Assembly: GCA_023205875.1 (NCBI GenBank) | Contig: CP060757.1 | Coordinates: 372,001 to 436,000, forward strand | Reading direction: 5' to 3' | Length of the DNA: 64,000 bases | Origin: Chloropicon primus | Taxonomy: Eukaryota | Shown here: positions 40,139-51,055 of the stretch, in pieces | Position numbering within the stretch: the first letter of the stretch is position 1 | Layout of the letters: every line of letters begins with the position of its first letter | The notes under the pieces: model-generated | What the model was told of the DNA's origin: nothing | The model's input: only the letters and a program-made list of their open reading frames with translations | Databases searched by the model: none | Made by a program: the position numbers and the translations under genes

Positions 40139-40929
40139 ATGGGGTCCTTGAACGTGGAAAAGAATCGAGTGACGAGCATCTTGAGGTGCAAGGTGGTGGT
40201 GGTTGGGGCGCCCACCGTGGGAAAGACAGCTTTGTGCCAGATGGCGGGCAGTTCCGGTAGCCTCTTTCCCAAAAAGTACAATATGGTAAGGGCGAGCGTA
40301 AACTACTTTTGGTGTTTCGTTCAAGGCGGGAGACTTGTCGTGGGGAAGAAGGAGACCCGGTCTGCCCGGTGCTCGAAACTTCTTTGCGATCATACTGACG
40401 AAAAGGTCCCGCCTTTGCTGCCTCCCTGCCCTCCTTGCCTGCGCTTGCGTCTCTCGGAAAGACTGTCGGCGTAGACGTGTCTGTCATCCCGATTCGGTTG
40501 GAGGGAACCACTGAGATGGTAGAGCTCTTTGCTTATGACGTGGGAGGCCAGGACGTTTTCATAGACTGCTGCGAGGAGCACCTTCACGACGCAAATTACG
40601 TGGTGCTCTGCTTCAACCTGTACGACCAGAAGACCTTTGACTCCCTCCAGGACTGGCTTAGCCTCGTCCTCAAGTCCAGGAAGCAGACTTCGGACCCACC
40701 CTGCGGCGTTCTGGTGGGGAACAAGGCGGACCTTAATCAGACGGCGAAGATGGTTGACGTGGAGGGCGTGCGAAGTTGGGCGGCGTCCAGCAATTTCAAG
40801 TACTTTGAGGTGTCCGCTCTGCCGCAGGAAGAGACTTGGAAAGTTCCCTTCGACTACATCGCAAAGCACTTCAAAGGTTGCTACGAGGAGTTCCTGGGCA
40901 AGGCGAAAAACGTTAAAGTACAACAATAA
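40139..40929 (+). CDS. IFT27: Intraflagellar transport protein 27 (RABL4); exons 40139-40285, 40462-40929
   Basis: LRCKVVVVGAPTVGKTALCQM..SSGSLFPKKYNM|TVGVDV, VELFAYDVGGQ, GVLVGNKADL, YFEVSALP, VPFDYIA; no C-terminal Cys prenylation motif. Confidence 0.88.
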
Positions 40930-41008
40930 ATAGCTTAGCGGGTCTTCCTATTCGTATACAAGCTTTTGAAGTGCACAGCGCTGGTAGCACGACGACAGAC
41001 ATCGCTCG

Positions 41009-42556
41009 TCATACGAGGTCCTTTCGATGGCTGGACAGGTCGCTGAAGCAGCTCTGCATGCGGTGGCAATCCATATTGTGAAGCGCGTCGGAGAGGATGC
41101 TCCTTCTCCCCTTCTGGGACCGGTCCATCCCCTCCCCGTTCGCCTGCCAGGAGGCCTCCTGGTACGTTTGGCCGAACAGCCTCAGCTTGATGTCGAGGGA
41201 CCCCCGCGATTGCTGTGATTGCTGGTTCCTCATGTAATTGAAGTAAAACTTCAAGTTCGAGTCCACGAGCGACTCCTCGGCTTGTTCTGGCGACGAGCGG
41301 CTTGGCGGGCTGCTTTGCTGGCTCCCGGTGGTGCTGCCTTGGAGCTGGCCGCCTGAGGCCGAGGGCTCGCCGTCGTCACTCGAAGAGGACGCGCCAAAGT
41401 TAAAGTTGTCTAGCTCAGCGTACATGGGCATGGAGTGCGAGAGCTGCTGCCTGAACAGGGAGACGACCTTCTGCTCATCCTCCGTCATGTGGGCGAGGTC
41501 CAACCGGTGCTCCTGCTCCTTGCAGCCCGTGTTAAGAGAGACACTGCCGAGGCTGTTGAACTTGGAGGCGTCCTTCTTGCAGCAAAGGTAATAGCCACAC
41601 AGCTCCGTGGGGGGATAAAGGGCCTTCTTCGGGTGGAAGGTGCACTTCCTCATGTTGCTGGCCATGAACACCTCCTTGCACTCCTTGCACTCCAGCCTCG
41701 TGAGCTTGCTCCAAAAGAACCAGTAGAGGTGCCTGTTGTGGCACAGCTCCTTGAGCTTGGGAAGGTACTTGGTCACCTCCCAGCCCTCCTTGGCCTGGTG
41801 CCTCGCGTTCACCTCGCCGTCCAGGGAGATCCTTATCTTGGCCTTGGGGCAGAAGAGCTCGTCGCCGAAACTCTTGCAGAATATTTTGCAGCAGGTCGTG
41901 CACCAAGCAAAGGAGTCTTGGCACCCCTCCATCATCTTCGAGAGCTTCCTCTCGTACAGCTTGTCCAGCAAGTTCTTCGCCCCGAGAGACTTGACCTCGC
42001 TGTCGCCCCCCTTGGTCTTGGGCCTCTTGCCGGCGGCATCCACCTCCTGCCACACCTCCTCGAGAGTCACCAAGGTCATCTCCTCCGCCAGCTGGTCCAC
42101 CAAGTCTTGGGTGAGGAAGTTCAGATCCGTCGGCATCTGCAGCAGCTTGAGAAAGTTCTCCGCGATGTACGACACGCACTCGCCGACCAGGGTGTCCATC
42201 TCCAGGAAATTCGAGGCGATGAGCACAGGCAAGCAGTTCTCGTCGTTCAGCACCGGGAGCTGCTCCACCTCCCTGGCCTTGACGTACTTCATGAGCCAGG
42301 TGAAAACGTAAATGTCGCAGTGGATGAGTATGTCCGTGTCGTCGCTCTCCGTCAGGTACTTTTTGAAGTAGGACATGTGCGCCAGCAGGAGCCTGGTCTC
42401 GCAGTAGAACTCCTTCTCGGTCTGGAGGCCCTCGTCATACACCCGCAGCTTCACCTCGTTCGGACCCAAAGATCTCGCCTTTCCCTCCTCGTCCACCACC
42501 TCTTCGCCCTCCTGGTCCTCCCTCCCCCCCTCGTATTCCACCTCTTGGCCCTCCAT
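41009..42556 (-). CDS. SANBR/KIAA1841-like BTB (DUF3342) protein
   Basis: LRVYDE..EKEFYCETRLLLAHMSYFKKYL, DILIHCDIYVFTWLMKYV, VLIASNFLEMDTLV, CTFHP. Confidence 0.8.
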   Translation of the reverse strand: MEGQEVEYEGGREDQEGEEVVDEEGKARSLGPNEVKLRVYDEGLQTEKEFYCETRLLLAHMSYFKKYLTESDDTDILIHCDIYVFTWLMKYVKAREVEQLPVLNDENCLPVLIASNFLEMDTLVGECVSYIAENFLKLLQMPTDLNFLTQDLVDQLAEEMTLVTLEEVWQEVDAAGKRPKTKGGDSEVKSLGAKNLLDKLYERKLSKMMEGCQDSFAWCTTCCKIFCKSFGDELFCPKAKIRISLDGEVNARHQAKEGWEVTKYLPKLKELCHNRHLYWFFWSKLTRLECKECKEVFMASNMRKCTFHPKKALYPPTELCGYYLCCKKDASKFNSLGSVSLNTGCKEQEHRLDLAHMTEDEQKVVSLFRQQLSHSMPMYAELDNFNFGASSSSDDGEPSASGGQLQGSTTGSQQSSPPSRSSPEQAEESLVDSNLKFYFNYMRNQQSQQSRGSLDIKLRLFGQTYQEASWQANGEGMDRSQKGRRSILSDALHNMDCHRMQSCFSDLSSHRKDLV

Positions 42557-42740
42557 CGTACCACTGCTACACAAGAGCCACCACCACCACCACCACCACC
42601 CTGGCCCCTGTCTCTCTGCCTTTCTCCCGCCAAAATTGTTTTGTTTTGAGTCGTCTGTCTCCTTGAGAGGAACGGGAGGGCTTGACGGTGTTGACGGTGT
42701 TGACGACCTCTGAGGGAAAAGGAGGGAGGGGGTGCGGAAG

Positions 42741-44336
42741 ATGTCGAGGCAGGCGACTCTCTTCAGTTACTTCGGTCCGGCTCCGCCGAAGAAGCCGGCG
42801 GTCCAAGGGGAACCGGCAGGGATCGAGCCACCCGCGCCTTCGACGGGGCCCACGACGCCGGAGAGAAAGCGCGAGGGGAGACCCGTGCCTTGGAGGTGGC
42901 CCACGACGCCGGAGAGAAAGCGCGAGAGGACTACGGTGTCCCTCGTGGGGCCGGACAGGAAGAAGCCGGCCTTGAAAGGGGCAGTGTTCTCGTTCCAGAA
43001 GCAGCTGCTGGAGGAGGACACGATCCTGTGCCATCGGAATCAGTTGAGCCCCTCGATGAAGAACAGCAAGCTTGCTGCGAGCTGGGAGTTTGCGTCCGTG
43101 CTGGACTTCTTCAGAGTGTTTGGACCGGAGGTCCTCAAGTCGTGCAAGGCTTGCCTCGCAGCTCACACGAAGAGGGAGAGGAAGGCGTGGCCGAGAAACG
43201 AGCGAACCAGGTACACCGAGAGCGACCTGAATTCGGCGTGCTCCTTCTCGCCGGCTTGTCTGCTCGGGGCCCTGGAGCACGCGGACGAGGACGCCAAGCT
43301 GCAGCTCGCGGACATCCATATCGTGATGCTCAAGGGGCTGCACGCGAGGGCGCACTCGCCGCCTTGCCGAATGAATTGGCTCGAGTACGTGGGGAAGGCG
43401 ATACGTGAGAGCTGGGCTCAGGTCTGCGAGGGTTCCCCGCCACCCTGCTTCTCCAGGGATGCCAAGGACGAAGGGGCTGGGGATGGCCTTGGGGCGCTGT
43501 ATGACGGACTGGAAGCCTCGGAGAGGCTGCGGGTTCTTAGGTTTCTGTGCGAGGTGTGCTGCGAGAGGAATACTGAGATCGCAACGAGGCTGGAGAGCGC
43601 GAAGGACCACTCGTGCTTGACGCAGAAGTCCAAGGAGATGGCCGCAGAGATGAGGCCAGGGGACAAGCCGGTCGAAGTCACTATCCCGGGCTTGAAGAGG
43701 TCGATCATGATCAGCCACGACCTCGAGTTCGTCGACGACATCCGGCACACGCAAGAATTTGCGCAGGACTACTATTGCAGGAGGTATTTCCTTCTCCAGC
43801 CCAAGAGTGAAGCCCAGTGGGATCACTGCTTCATGCTGAGGGAGAGGAAGCCAGAAGAATCTTCTGGCCAGCCCACCTTCGAGGTGGTTTGCAGCTCCGG
43901 CGAGGAGTTCATCAAGTTCGTGGAGGACCACGTCGACGTTACATTGTTTGGGGCGAAAACACGGAAGAAGTTCCGAGATTACTTTGGGGACATCAAGCAG
44001 TGGAAGGAAGAAGCGGAGAAGCTTGAGTTGGCTAGAGAAAAGGTGAAGAAGGAACTCGGGGACAATCCGTTCAGCAGTCATAGCTTAGACGTGGACCAGG
44101 GACGGCGTGGCAGCAGGAGGGCGAGGAAGACTGCGAGGTACGCCGAAGTGGAATCCAGCGAGAGCGAATCGGAGGAGTCTGAGAGCGAGGAGGAAGAGCC
44201 GGAGGAAATCAGCGAGTCGGGGGGCGAAGAGAGCGAGGGTTTCGAGCCCGAGGAAGGGGAGAGCTCCAGCTCGAGTGAGCCTGAGTCAGAGAGCGAGAAC
44301 TCGGAGAGCGAGAGCGACAAGAGCAAGGCAGAGTAA
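42741..44336 (+). CDS. DDT/WHIM-like chromatin protein with N-terminal PIP box and acidic tail
   Basis: ASWEFASVLDFFRVF and LADIHIVMLKGL (DDT-like), YDGLEASERLRVLRFLCE (WHIM1-like), FEVVCSSGEEF; begins MSRQATLFSYFG. Confidence 0.7.
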   Translation: MSRQATLFSYFGPAPPKKPAVQGEPAGIEPPAPSTGPTTPERKREGRPVPWRWPTTPERKRERTTVSLVGPDRKKPALKGAVFSFQKQLLEEDTILCHRNQLSPSMKNSKLAASWEFASVLDFFRVFGPEVLKSCKACLAAHTKRERKAWPRNERTRYTESDLNSACSFSPACLLGALEHADEDAKLQLADIHIVMLKGLHARAHSPPCRMNWLEYVGKAIRESWAQVCEGSPPPCFSRDAKDEGAGDGLGALYDGLEASERLRVLRFLCEVCCERNTEIATRLESAKDHSCLTQKSKEMAAEMRPGDKPVEVTIPGLKRSIMISHDLEFVDDIRHTQEFAQDYYCRRYFLLQPKSEAQWDHCFMLRERKPEESSGQPTFEVVCSSGEEFIKFVEDHVDVTLFGAKTRKKFRDYFGDIKQWKEEAEKLELAREKVKKELGDNPFSSHSLDVDQGRRGSRRARKTARYAEVESSESESEESESEEEEPEEISESGGEESEGFEPEEGESSSSSEPESESENSESESDKSKAE

Positions 44337-44386
44337 ATGAAAACGGATGAGTGAAAATGAATTACAAGTTTTTTTGTACATCTCTA

Positions 44387-44989
44387 TCATGCGAGAGCCA
44401 GGGCTCGCTCGAATTTCGTCCTCTCCAGGTCGTACTTCATGTTCATGGCAGGCTTGAACTTGTAATTGACGTACAGGAGAGGCTTGCCGTTCTTGGTTCC
44501 CTTTGCGTCGACCTTGTAGGTCTTTACCATCAAAGGGATGGTGAGCTTCAACTTCTCCTCAGTGACGAGGGAGAGGCGGAGGATCTGCCTCTGGCCATTG
44601 CTGCAGGGCTCCATGGTGTTGGTCCACTCGAAGCACTGGCGCCCGGACTTGTCGTGGGTGGTCACTCTCACCGACTCTGCCTCTTCCTCGTCGTCCTTAA
44701 GCACTTGGACCTCCTTGTCCCCCTGGTCGTTCAGCTCCTTGATTTGCACGCTCGAGGGAAGGGCGAGGGAGAACGCGTACCGCTTGCCCGAGACGAATTT
44801 CACCGTGCCCTTGGCAGGGGACTCGCCCGTCGTGGACAACCCATCCAGAAAATCTTTCTTCCCAACATACCTTTCTCCTTCGTCTTTGTAGTAGGCGTAG
44901 GCCCCTTCTCCCTCCGTCTCGTTTATCCGCAGGACGACGCTGGGAGGGGGAGGCCAGGGGGAAGTCGGGGGGAAGAATAATGTCAGCAT
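44387..44989 (-). CDS. Hypothetical protein (5' end uncertain)
   Basis: ~200 aa ORF with coding-like codon usage; no recognised motif. Confidence 0.55.
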   Translation of the reverse strand: MLTLFFPPTSPWPPPPSVVLRINETEGEGAYAYYKDEGERYVGKKDFLDGLSTTGESPAKGTVKFVSGKRYAFSLALPSSVQIKELNDQGDKEVQVLKDDEEEAESVRVTTHDKSGRQCFEWTNTMEPCSNGQRQILRLSLVTEEKLKLTIPLMVKTYKVDAKGTKNGKPLLYVNYKFKPAMNMKYDLERTKFERALALA

Positions 44990-45383
44990 CACAATCAGCA
45001 GGCCGCGAGTTCCACTTCTCGCCTCGCTCGCAGTCGAGAGAGAGTTGAGTGCCCTCGGACGGATTACTTACTCGGCATTTTGGCTCGTCTTTTCGCTCAA
45101 AAAAGCAGAGGATCTGTCGCTCCTGGTTCGAGTCTTCCGCTTCTGAGTCTTCACGAACGTGGAACTCCGCTGTGCCCTCTTGGGGCTGCTCTTGTCCGCG
45201 GTCATTGTCCTCCTCTCACCAGGCGAGGACACCAAACTCAGGTTTTGACCAAGGCAGCATCTTTCTGGAAAATGCCAGTGTCAAAAACCTGTAACTGAAA
45301 TGGAGGAAATGGGCGAAATGGGCGAGGAGGAGGCAGGTTTTGTGTACGCCAAAAAGTTGAAGTTGTTGTGCTGGTTTTACAAT

Positions 45384-46904
45384 TTAGTCCGTCATTTGAA
45401 TCATGTGCCTTGGGACTTGCCTCAGCTTGTTCTGCTTCGCGTCCGCGGCGTCGCTGTTGTTCTCGTCCGAGTCTCCAAAGAGATTGAGGCCGCCCCTCAA
45501 GGACGCACGAGATATGCTGTCGCCCTTCGAAGGGGGCTTCAAGGAGATGCTCTGGTGAATGCCGTGCCTTCTCCGTATCATAGGCATCTTCCCCTTGAGC
45601 TTACCCCAGGAAGAGGTCGAGTTCGCGCCCCTTGCGGCTTGCACCACATCCATGAAGCTCCTCGTGCCTTCGGTAAGGCCCTGGATGGCTTGATCGGCCT
45701 CCTCGCTGGGTCCGGCCTCGGCCCCCTTGCCCTGCTCCTGCTCCTCCTCCTCGCTGTCGTCATTGTCGAAGCTTTCCTGCTCAGAGTCGGTGCTGAGCGC
45801 AGCCTTGCGGAGCTTTTCGATCTTGCTGCTTCGCCTCGAGGAGCTGGAAGGGCCGACGTCCGGGGCGGTGCCGCTCAAGACCCGGCTCCTCCTCGCCGCC
45901 CGGGCGCTCTGGGTGCTCTGGGTCTTCAGCAAAGAGATGTCCTGCTGGTTCGTTCTCACTGCCTCCAGGACCTCTGTGAGCTGCTTGCTTTGACTGGCCT
46001 GCGCCTCCAAGAGGGTCTCCAGGGTGACGCGCGGGTGGGAGGACGAGTCCACGCTGCCCGCGGCGTTGGCAGCGGCCTTTGCGTCCACGCCTGCGCCCCC
46101 CATCCCGCAAGACAGGAGTTGGAGCTCCCCCTCCAGCTCGAGTTGCTTTCCCTGCGCCTGGAGCAGCTCTCGCTCCAATTGCGCGCTCCTCTCCCTCTCC
46201 CTGGCCAAGTCCTGCATCATGCCGTCCTGGGAAAGGTGTGTGGCGGCCTCCAGAACGTGGTCTACGTGGGTCCTCTTCGTCACCATCTCGGCCAACTGGA
46301 TGCGTTGCTTGCAGAATATCCTGCACAACTCCCTCACCGCCAAGACCGTCTCGTGCATGGAGCTGACCACGTCTTCCGTGGAGCAAGTCTCCAGGCTCTC
46401 CACCTTCCTCAGCTTTTTCTTCAGGTCCTTGCCCAGGGACAGCGAGGGGTCCGTGGAGGTTATCAGCGTCGCGACGTTGCCGACGAACTGCTTCACCTCA
46501 TCGGCTGGGATGTACTTGTCCGGATCGAAGGCCTCCGGGAGCCGCGGCTGGAGCACGATCTTCTGCTCCTTGCTGTTGTGCTCCATGACGCTGCCGAAGA
46601 GCACAGCCGGCCCCTGGGGAGACCCCTTGGGTCTTGGACTCAGGTTTCTCCTCCCTCTCGCCTGCTGCTGGTCCTTTGGCGGACTCAGGTGGTGACGCAG
46701 CAGGAGGAGCTCCCTCTGCACGGACTGAAGGATATCTGCGTTCGCTTGCCCTCCCCCCCTCTTTGCCGTGGGTGACGAGAAAGAAAATTCGCTCCCTTCC
46801 CCTCTTCCCACGCTTCCACTGCCGGACACAGCACCCGACTCTCCCAGACCAAGATGTTGCCCCCTCTTCCTCCTTTCGCTCATAACAACCGTAGGGCTCG
46901 CCAT
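45384..46904 (-). CDS. Hypothetical coiled-coil protein
   Basis: ~506 aa ORF with a heptad-rich middle (QDLARERERSAQLERELLQAQGKQLELE). Confidence 0.7.
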   Translation of the reverse strand: MASPTVVMSERRKRGQHLGLGESGAVSGSGSVGRGEGSEFSFSSPTAKRGGGQANADILQSVQRELLLLRHHLSPPKDQQQARGRRNLSPRPKGSPQGPAVLFGSVMEHNSKEQKIVLQPRLPEAFDPDKYIPADEVKQFVGNVATLITSTDPSLSLGKDLKKKLRKVESLETCSTEDVVSSMHETVLAVRELCRIFCKQRIQLAEMVTKRTHVDHVLEAATHLSQDGMMQDLARERERSAQLERELLQAQGKQLELEGELQLLSCGMGGAGVDAKAAANAAGSVDSSSHPRVTLETLLEAQASQSKQLTEVLEAVRTNQQDISLLKTQSTQSARAARRSRVLSGTAPDVGPSSSSRRSSKIEKLRKAALSTDSEQESFDNDDSEEEEQEQGKGAEAGPSEEADQAIQGLTEGTRSFMDVVQAARGANSTSSWGKLKGKMPMIRRRHGIHQSISLKPPSKGDSISRASLRGGLNLFGDSDENNSDAADAKQNKLRQVPRHMIQMTD

Positions 46905-47638
46905 CCTCCACAAAACGTCAGACCTCCCTAAGGCCTAAAGTCCCCTCAACTCCTCGCTCCTCCTCGCTCTCCAAGGCGAAGGTGACTTCCTTCCTTGGTC
47001 GCCCCTCGCTCCTCCTAGAAATCTTTGAAAATGGTCACAGTCAGGTAATGCCACTTGCTGCGTTCTCCAACACCTCTCGTGTCCAGCACGCTCGGTAACC
47101 CCGTGCAATGCCAAACACCTTCCCTCCCCCTCCTCTCCTCTCCCTCTCCAAGTTGTCCCCCTTTGAGAATTGCTCCTCTCTCTCCTGGAAATCTTTTTCA
47201 CCACAATGACCTTCAACCGGTCCCCTCTTCTCCAACCCAAGCGGTGCCACCAAGCCAAGCCCGTGTGGCCAACCCAATGCAACAGAACACAACACAGTGC
47301 AGCTTCTTCCTGTCCTTCAGCCTCAATAGGTTCTTGCCTTGAGTCCTTGCCTTGCCTCCGGAGACCTTTGGCCGCTCCGCTCTCTGCTCTGCTCTGTTCA
47401 TAGACCAACGGTCGACGCCCTGGAGTGACGGCTCGGGCTCAGTCGATCGAGGCGGGAGAGAGAGAGGAGCAGAGGCAAGGGAAGGCGGCGACGGAGGGAG
47501 AGGGAGGAGGCGAGGGGAGGGAGGGGAGGTGGAAGGAGCGTCTCGCATTCTCTCGCCATTGATCCGTCGGTCGAGAGGGACGGCGGTGTGGTGAGGATTG
47601 GACGAGCGAGGGAGGGGGAAGAGGGAGAGAGGGGTCCG

Positions 47639-48919
47639 ATGGCGGAGAACCGATGGAGGGTCCTCGTGGGGGACGACCTGGGATACGTCAAGGGGGTGGA
47701 TCTTAAGGGTGGTGCGGAGGGGGCGGAGTGGGCGAGCGAGCGGGTGACGAGGTTCACGAACGAGAAGTTTGAGGAGACGGAGGCCGAGGCGGGCCTGGAG
47801 GACACTTCTTCTCGTTCCGGCGCCGTGGTGTCGGTGTGCGCCCTTCCGCAGGGCGACTTGGAGACCCCCGTCGCCATCGGAAGGAAGAGCGGCCGGGTGG
47901 ATCTGCTGGACGCGTCAACGGGGTCGTACCTCGGCCCGCCGCTCCTGCGCGCGGACACCTTGTCGAAGCCTGACAGCGAGCTCTTGGGTCTCCGAAGTTG
48001 CTCGCCTGGGCTGGTGAGCTGCACGAGCGGGGGGATCGTGGAGCTTTGGAGGTGGGAGAACTCGGAGTCCGGAATCGTGTTGCCGGCCGAGGAGTCCGAC
48101 GCCGGGTTGGACACCGTCGCCGCGACTCGTGCGGAGCCGTCCAAGGGGGGGAGCGTTCCTGGCCGCGTCGTGGAGGCCTTCGAGGTGAGCTCTTCCGGGA
48201 GCGGAACCGACGTGAAAATCGCGACGGGCGGGCGGGAGAACAACTTGAAGGTGTGGGACTTGGAGACTGGCGAGGCCGTTTTCGTGGGAAGGAGCCCCAA
48301 GCCGAACGAGCTCGGCATTTGGGACAAGCCCTGGATAACGTGCATGAGCTTTCTCCCCCAAGCGTCCCCCACGAGCCAAGTCATCCTGTGCGGGACGGCG
48401 AACCACCAGCTGAGGCTGTACGACTGGAGGGTGAAGAGGAGGCCAGTCATGGAACTGGAGTGGGGGGAAAACAGAATCACGTGCTTGTGCCTGGACGACC
48501 CAGGTGTGCCAGAGAAAGTTTGGTGCGCCAACGCCATTGGGCAGATCCGCCTTCTCGACCTGAAGATGAACTACTCGATGACAACGAGTCCCGCAGAGGG
48601 CATGAGCATGGCTGGATCCCTCAAGGGCTCCCTCGGGTGCGTCAAGTCGTTGCAGAGGCCCCCCGATGCCAGCAAGCCTCTGCTGCTGTCTTGTGGGCTG
48701 GACAGGTTTGTGAGAGTCTTCGACCTTCGAAAGAGGAAGCAGGTGTGCTCGGTGTATCTCAAGCAGTACTTGAAGGCCCTGCACGTCGTGGAAGCGGAGG
48801 AAGTGCAGGAGGCGGCCCCAGCTCGTAGCAGAAGTTTGGACGACGTGGAGGAAAGCGAGTACGTGCACGAGGTGGACGAGGATAGAAAGAGGAAGAAGAG
48901 GAGGAAGGGGAGTAAATAG
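47639..48919 (+). CDS. WDR74: WD-repeat ribosome biogenesis factor WDR74/Nsa1
   Basis: VGDDLGYVK, IATGGRENNLKVWDL, PKPNELGI..PWIT, HQLRLYD..KRRPV, SCGLDRFVRVFD, VYLKQ. Confidence 0.9.
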   Translation: MAENRWRVLVGDDLGYVKGVDLKGGAEGAEWASERVTRFTNEKFEETEAEAGLEDTSSRSGAVVSVCALPQGDLETPVAIGRKSGRVDLLDASTGSYLGPPLLRADTLSKPDSELLGLRSCSPGLVSCTSGGIVELWRWENSESGIVLPAEESDAGLDTVAATRAEPSKGGSVPGRVVEAFEVSSSGSGTDVKIATGGRENNLKVWDLETGEAVFVGRSPKPNELGIWDKPWITCMSFLPQASPTSQVILCGTANHQLRLYDWRVKRRPVMELEWGENRITCLCLDDPGVPEKVWCANAIGQIRLLDLKMNYSMTTSPAEGMSMAGSLKGSLGCVKSLQRPPDASKPLLLSCGLDRFVRVFDLRKRKQVCSVYLKQYLKALHVVEAEEVQEAAPARSRSLDDVEESEYVHEVDEDRKRKKRRKGSK

Positions 48920-49103
48920 ACGGCAAAAGAAATACAATAAGAAGACTCACGGCGTCACTTAAGTTTGATTCAAGGCAGAGCTCCTTGTCTCCACTTACAA
49001 TTACACACAAATCAGATGGAAAAGTTTATATTCTACTAAAAACTTTTGTACACACTTTCCGTCGAGCGCCCCAGCACGAGTGGCTTCCTGGCCTCCCGCC
49101 CTA

Positions 49104-50270
49104 CTACTGTATCTTTCCTAGCCAGTACGCGAGGGGGAGCTGCGCCATGGCAATGCCAAGGAGCATGTAAGACTGCCTCTTGGAGTGCTGCTTGCTCGCC
49201 TGCCGTGTCTGCGAGTACAGGATCCTCTTGAAGGTCTTGACCAGGAAGACTCCCATGCACAGCGTCCCCCACGCCAGTGCCACGTAGTAGCCCATGTGCC
49301 CCGCGAACATCCCCACGAAGACCTGAGTGGTGACGTGCACAAAGATGTAGCCGCCATAAGCACACAGGTCGAAAAGGGGGACTCCGATGTTGCTCGGCTG
49401 ATTCGAGTTCAGGATGTACATAGCCGTCTTCAGCAGGCACACCTCGAGGGCCCAGATGAAGAGGCCGGCCCACACGAGCTGGCCGAACTTCTCCGGGCTG
49501 AACTGGCTGCCAGAGGCCTTGACCGCGGAGCTCGCGCTGGAATACGCGTAGATCAGGGAGGACAGCACGCAGTAGGTGTTGAATGCCATGGCCGGGATGT
49601 ACAAGTCCGGGGCATTGAGGTCGTGCCTCGGCGGCTTGAAGTGGAACCCTCCCGGCACTTGCTCCGGGATTCTCGTCCAGGACCCCTTGTGAATGAAAGG
49701 ACAAAGCAGCAGCCGCATCTTGTTCACCACGTATTTCGTGTTCACGTTGAAGTAGTACTGCAAAGTCTTGGTGAGCGGGCCGGAGAAGAAGTTCATCCGG
49801 TTCTGCATGAACTGCTGAGCCTTTTCGCCATACGCCTGCGAGAGAGGACGCGGACGGGCCGAGAGCCAAACACGACGAAAGAGGCACACGCCCACGCACG
49901 CACGCATGCACGCGCAGAGAGAGAGAGAGGGAGAGCGGGAGGGAGTATACGTTAGTCACCTTCGACCTCTTTTCACGATCCACGCCCTTGAACCCCGACT
50001 TACCGCCACCGCCGTCTTCGCGAGAGGCGAGAACGATGAGCCCAAAATGTTCCCCGCCTCCTTGGCGAAGCCTTGGCCGCCGTTCGCATTCATGTTCATG
50101 TTCACCCCCGTGCTGTCGTAAGGGTTTCCAGCGGGACTCGGTCCACCCAACCCTCCGCTAAACTCGCCGCCCATTCCCCCTCCTCCCTCGAAACCGCCCT
50201 GGTGCGCGCTCCCTCCAGCTCCGTATCCACCGCCCATGGCGTACGGCCCTTGGCCTGCGTACGGATCCAT
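49104..50270 (-). CDS. YIF1: YIF1 ER-Golgi transport protein; exons 50270-50004, 49835-49104
   Basis: LQYYFNVNTKYVVNKMRLLLCPFIHKGSW, PPRHDLNAPDLYIPAMAFNTY, DLCAYGGYIFV. Confidence 0.93.
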
Positions 50271-50631
50271 CTCTCTCGCTCTCGCTCTTCCCTGACGCTC
50301 TCTGTCTCCCCCTTCTGTCTCCCTCGAGCTCCTCTCCTCATTTGCTTTCCTCCCCAAAAAGCAAATTGAAAAATTGAAAAACACGAGGAGATCTTGATCT
50401 TGGGATGGATGGAGGGGTTGCTTGCTTGCTTGCTTGTGTGACGTTGGAGGGAAGGGGTGGTGGGGCAGAACCGCACCGGGCTCGGTGCTCCTGAACAGCA
50501 AGGCTAATGTTTCCTAAGTGTTAGATCTATGATTCATAGATTTATATTCTAAGGCTAAACTATGGGTTGAGCTGCAGGCTGCAGCTCCTATGAGAGCCAA
50601 AGTGATGGCGACCACCACCACCACACTGGAT

Positions 50632-51023
50632 TCAGAAGAAGGCGGGTTCGTTCCACTGCGTTTTCCCCGTTCTAACGTTGTAGTAGTACTTCTCTCCTGT
50701 CTCCGGCGCGACGTACTCCTTCCACTCGCCTGGAACTCGCTGGCCCACCGCCTGCGCAGGCGGGGACTGTTGCTGGAGTCCGCTCGCCGCCGCGCCAGCG
50801 TACGTGGAGGGGGGCGGGCTGCTCGGGTGGGATCCTGCCTGGGCCTGAGACATGGGGGGGGCGCCCATGGTCGTGGCGATGGGGGAGGGCTGGTTGACTA
50901 TCGGCCTGGCGGAGCTCATAACCGCTCCAGGCCGCTGGGCCGGGGCCGCGGGTTGTTGACCCTGGCCCGGCTGGGCTGCCCAGCCACCCGCACCAGGGGG
51001 GACGGAGCCCGGAGGGGGCTGAA

Positions 51024-51055
<32 letters not shown>

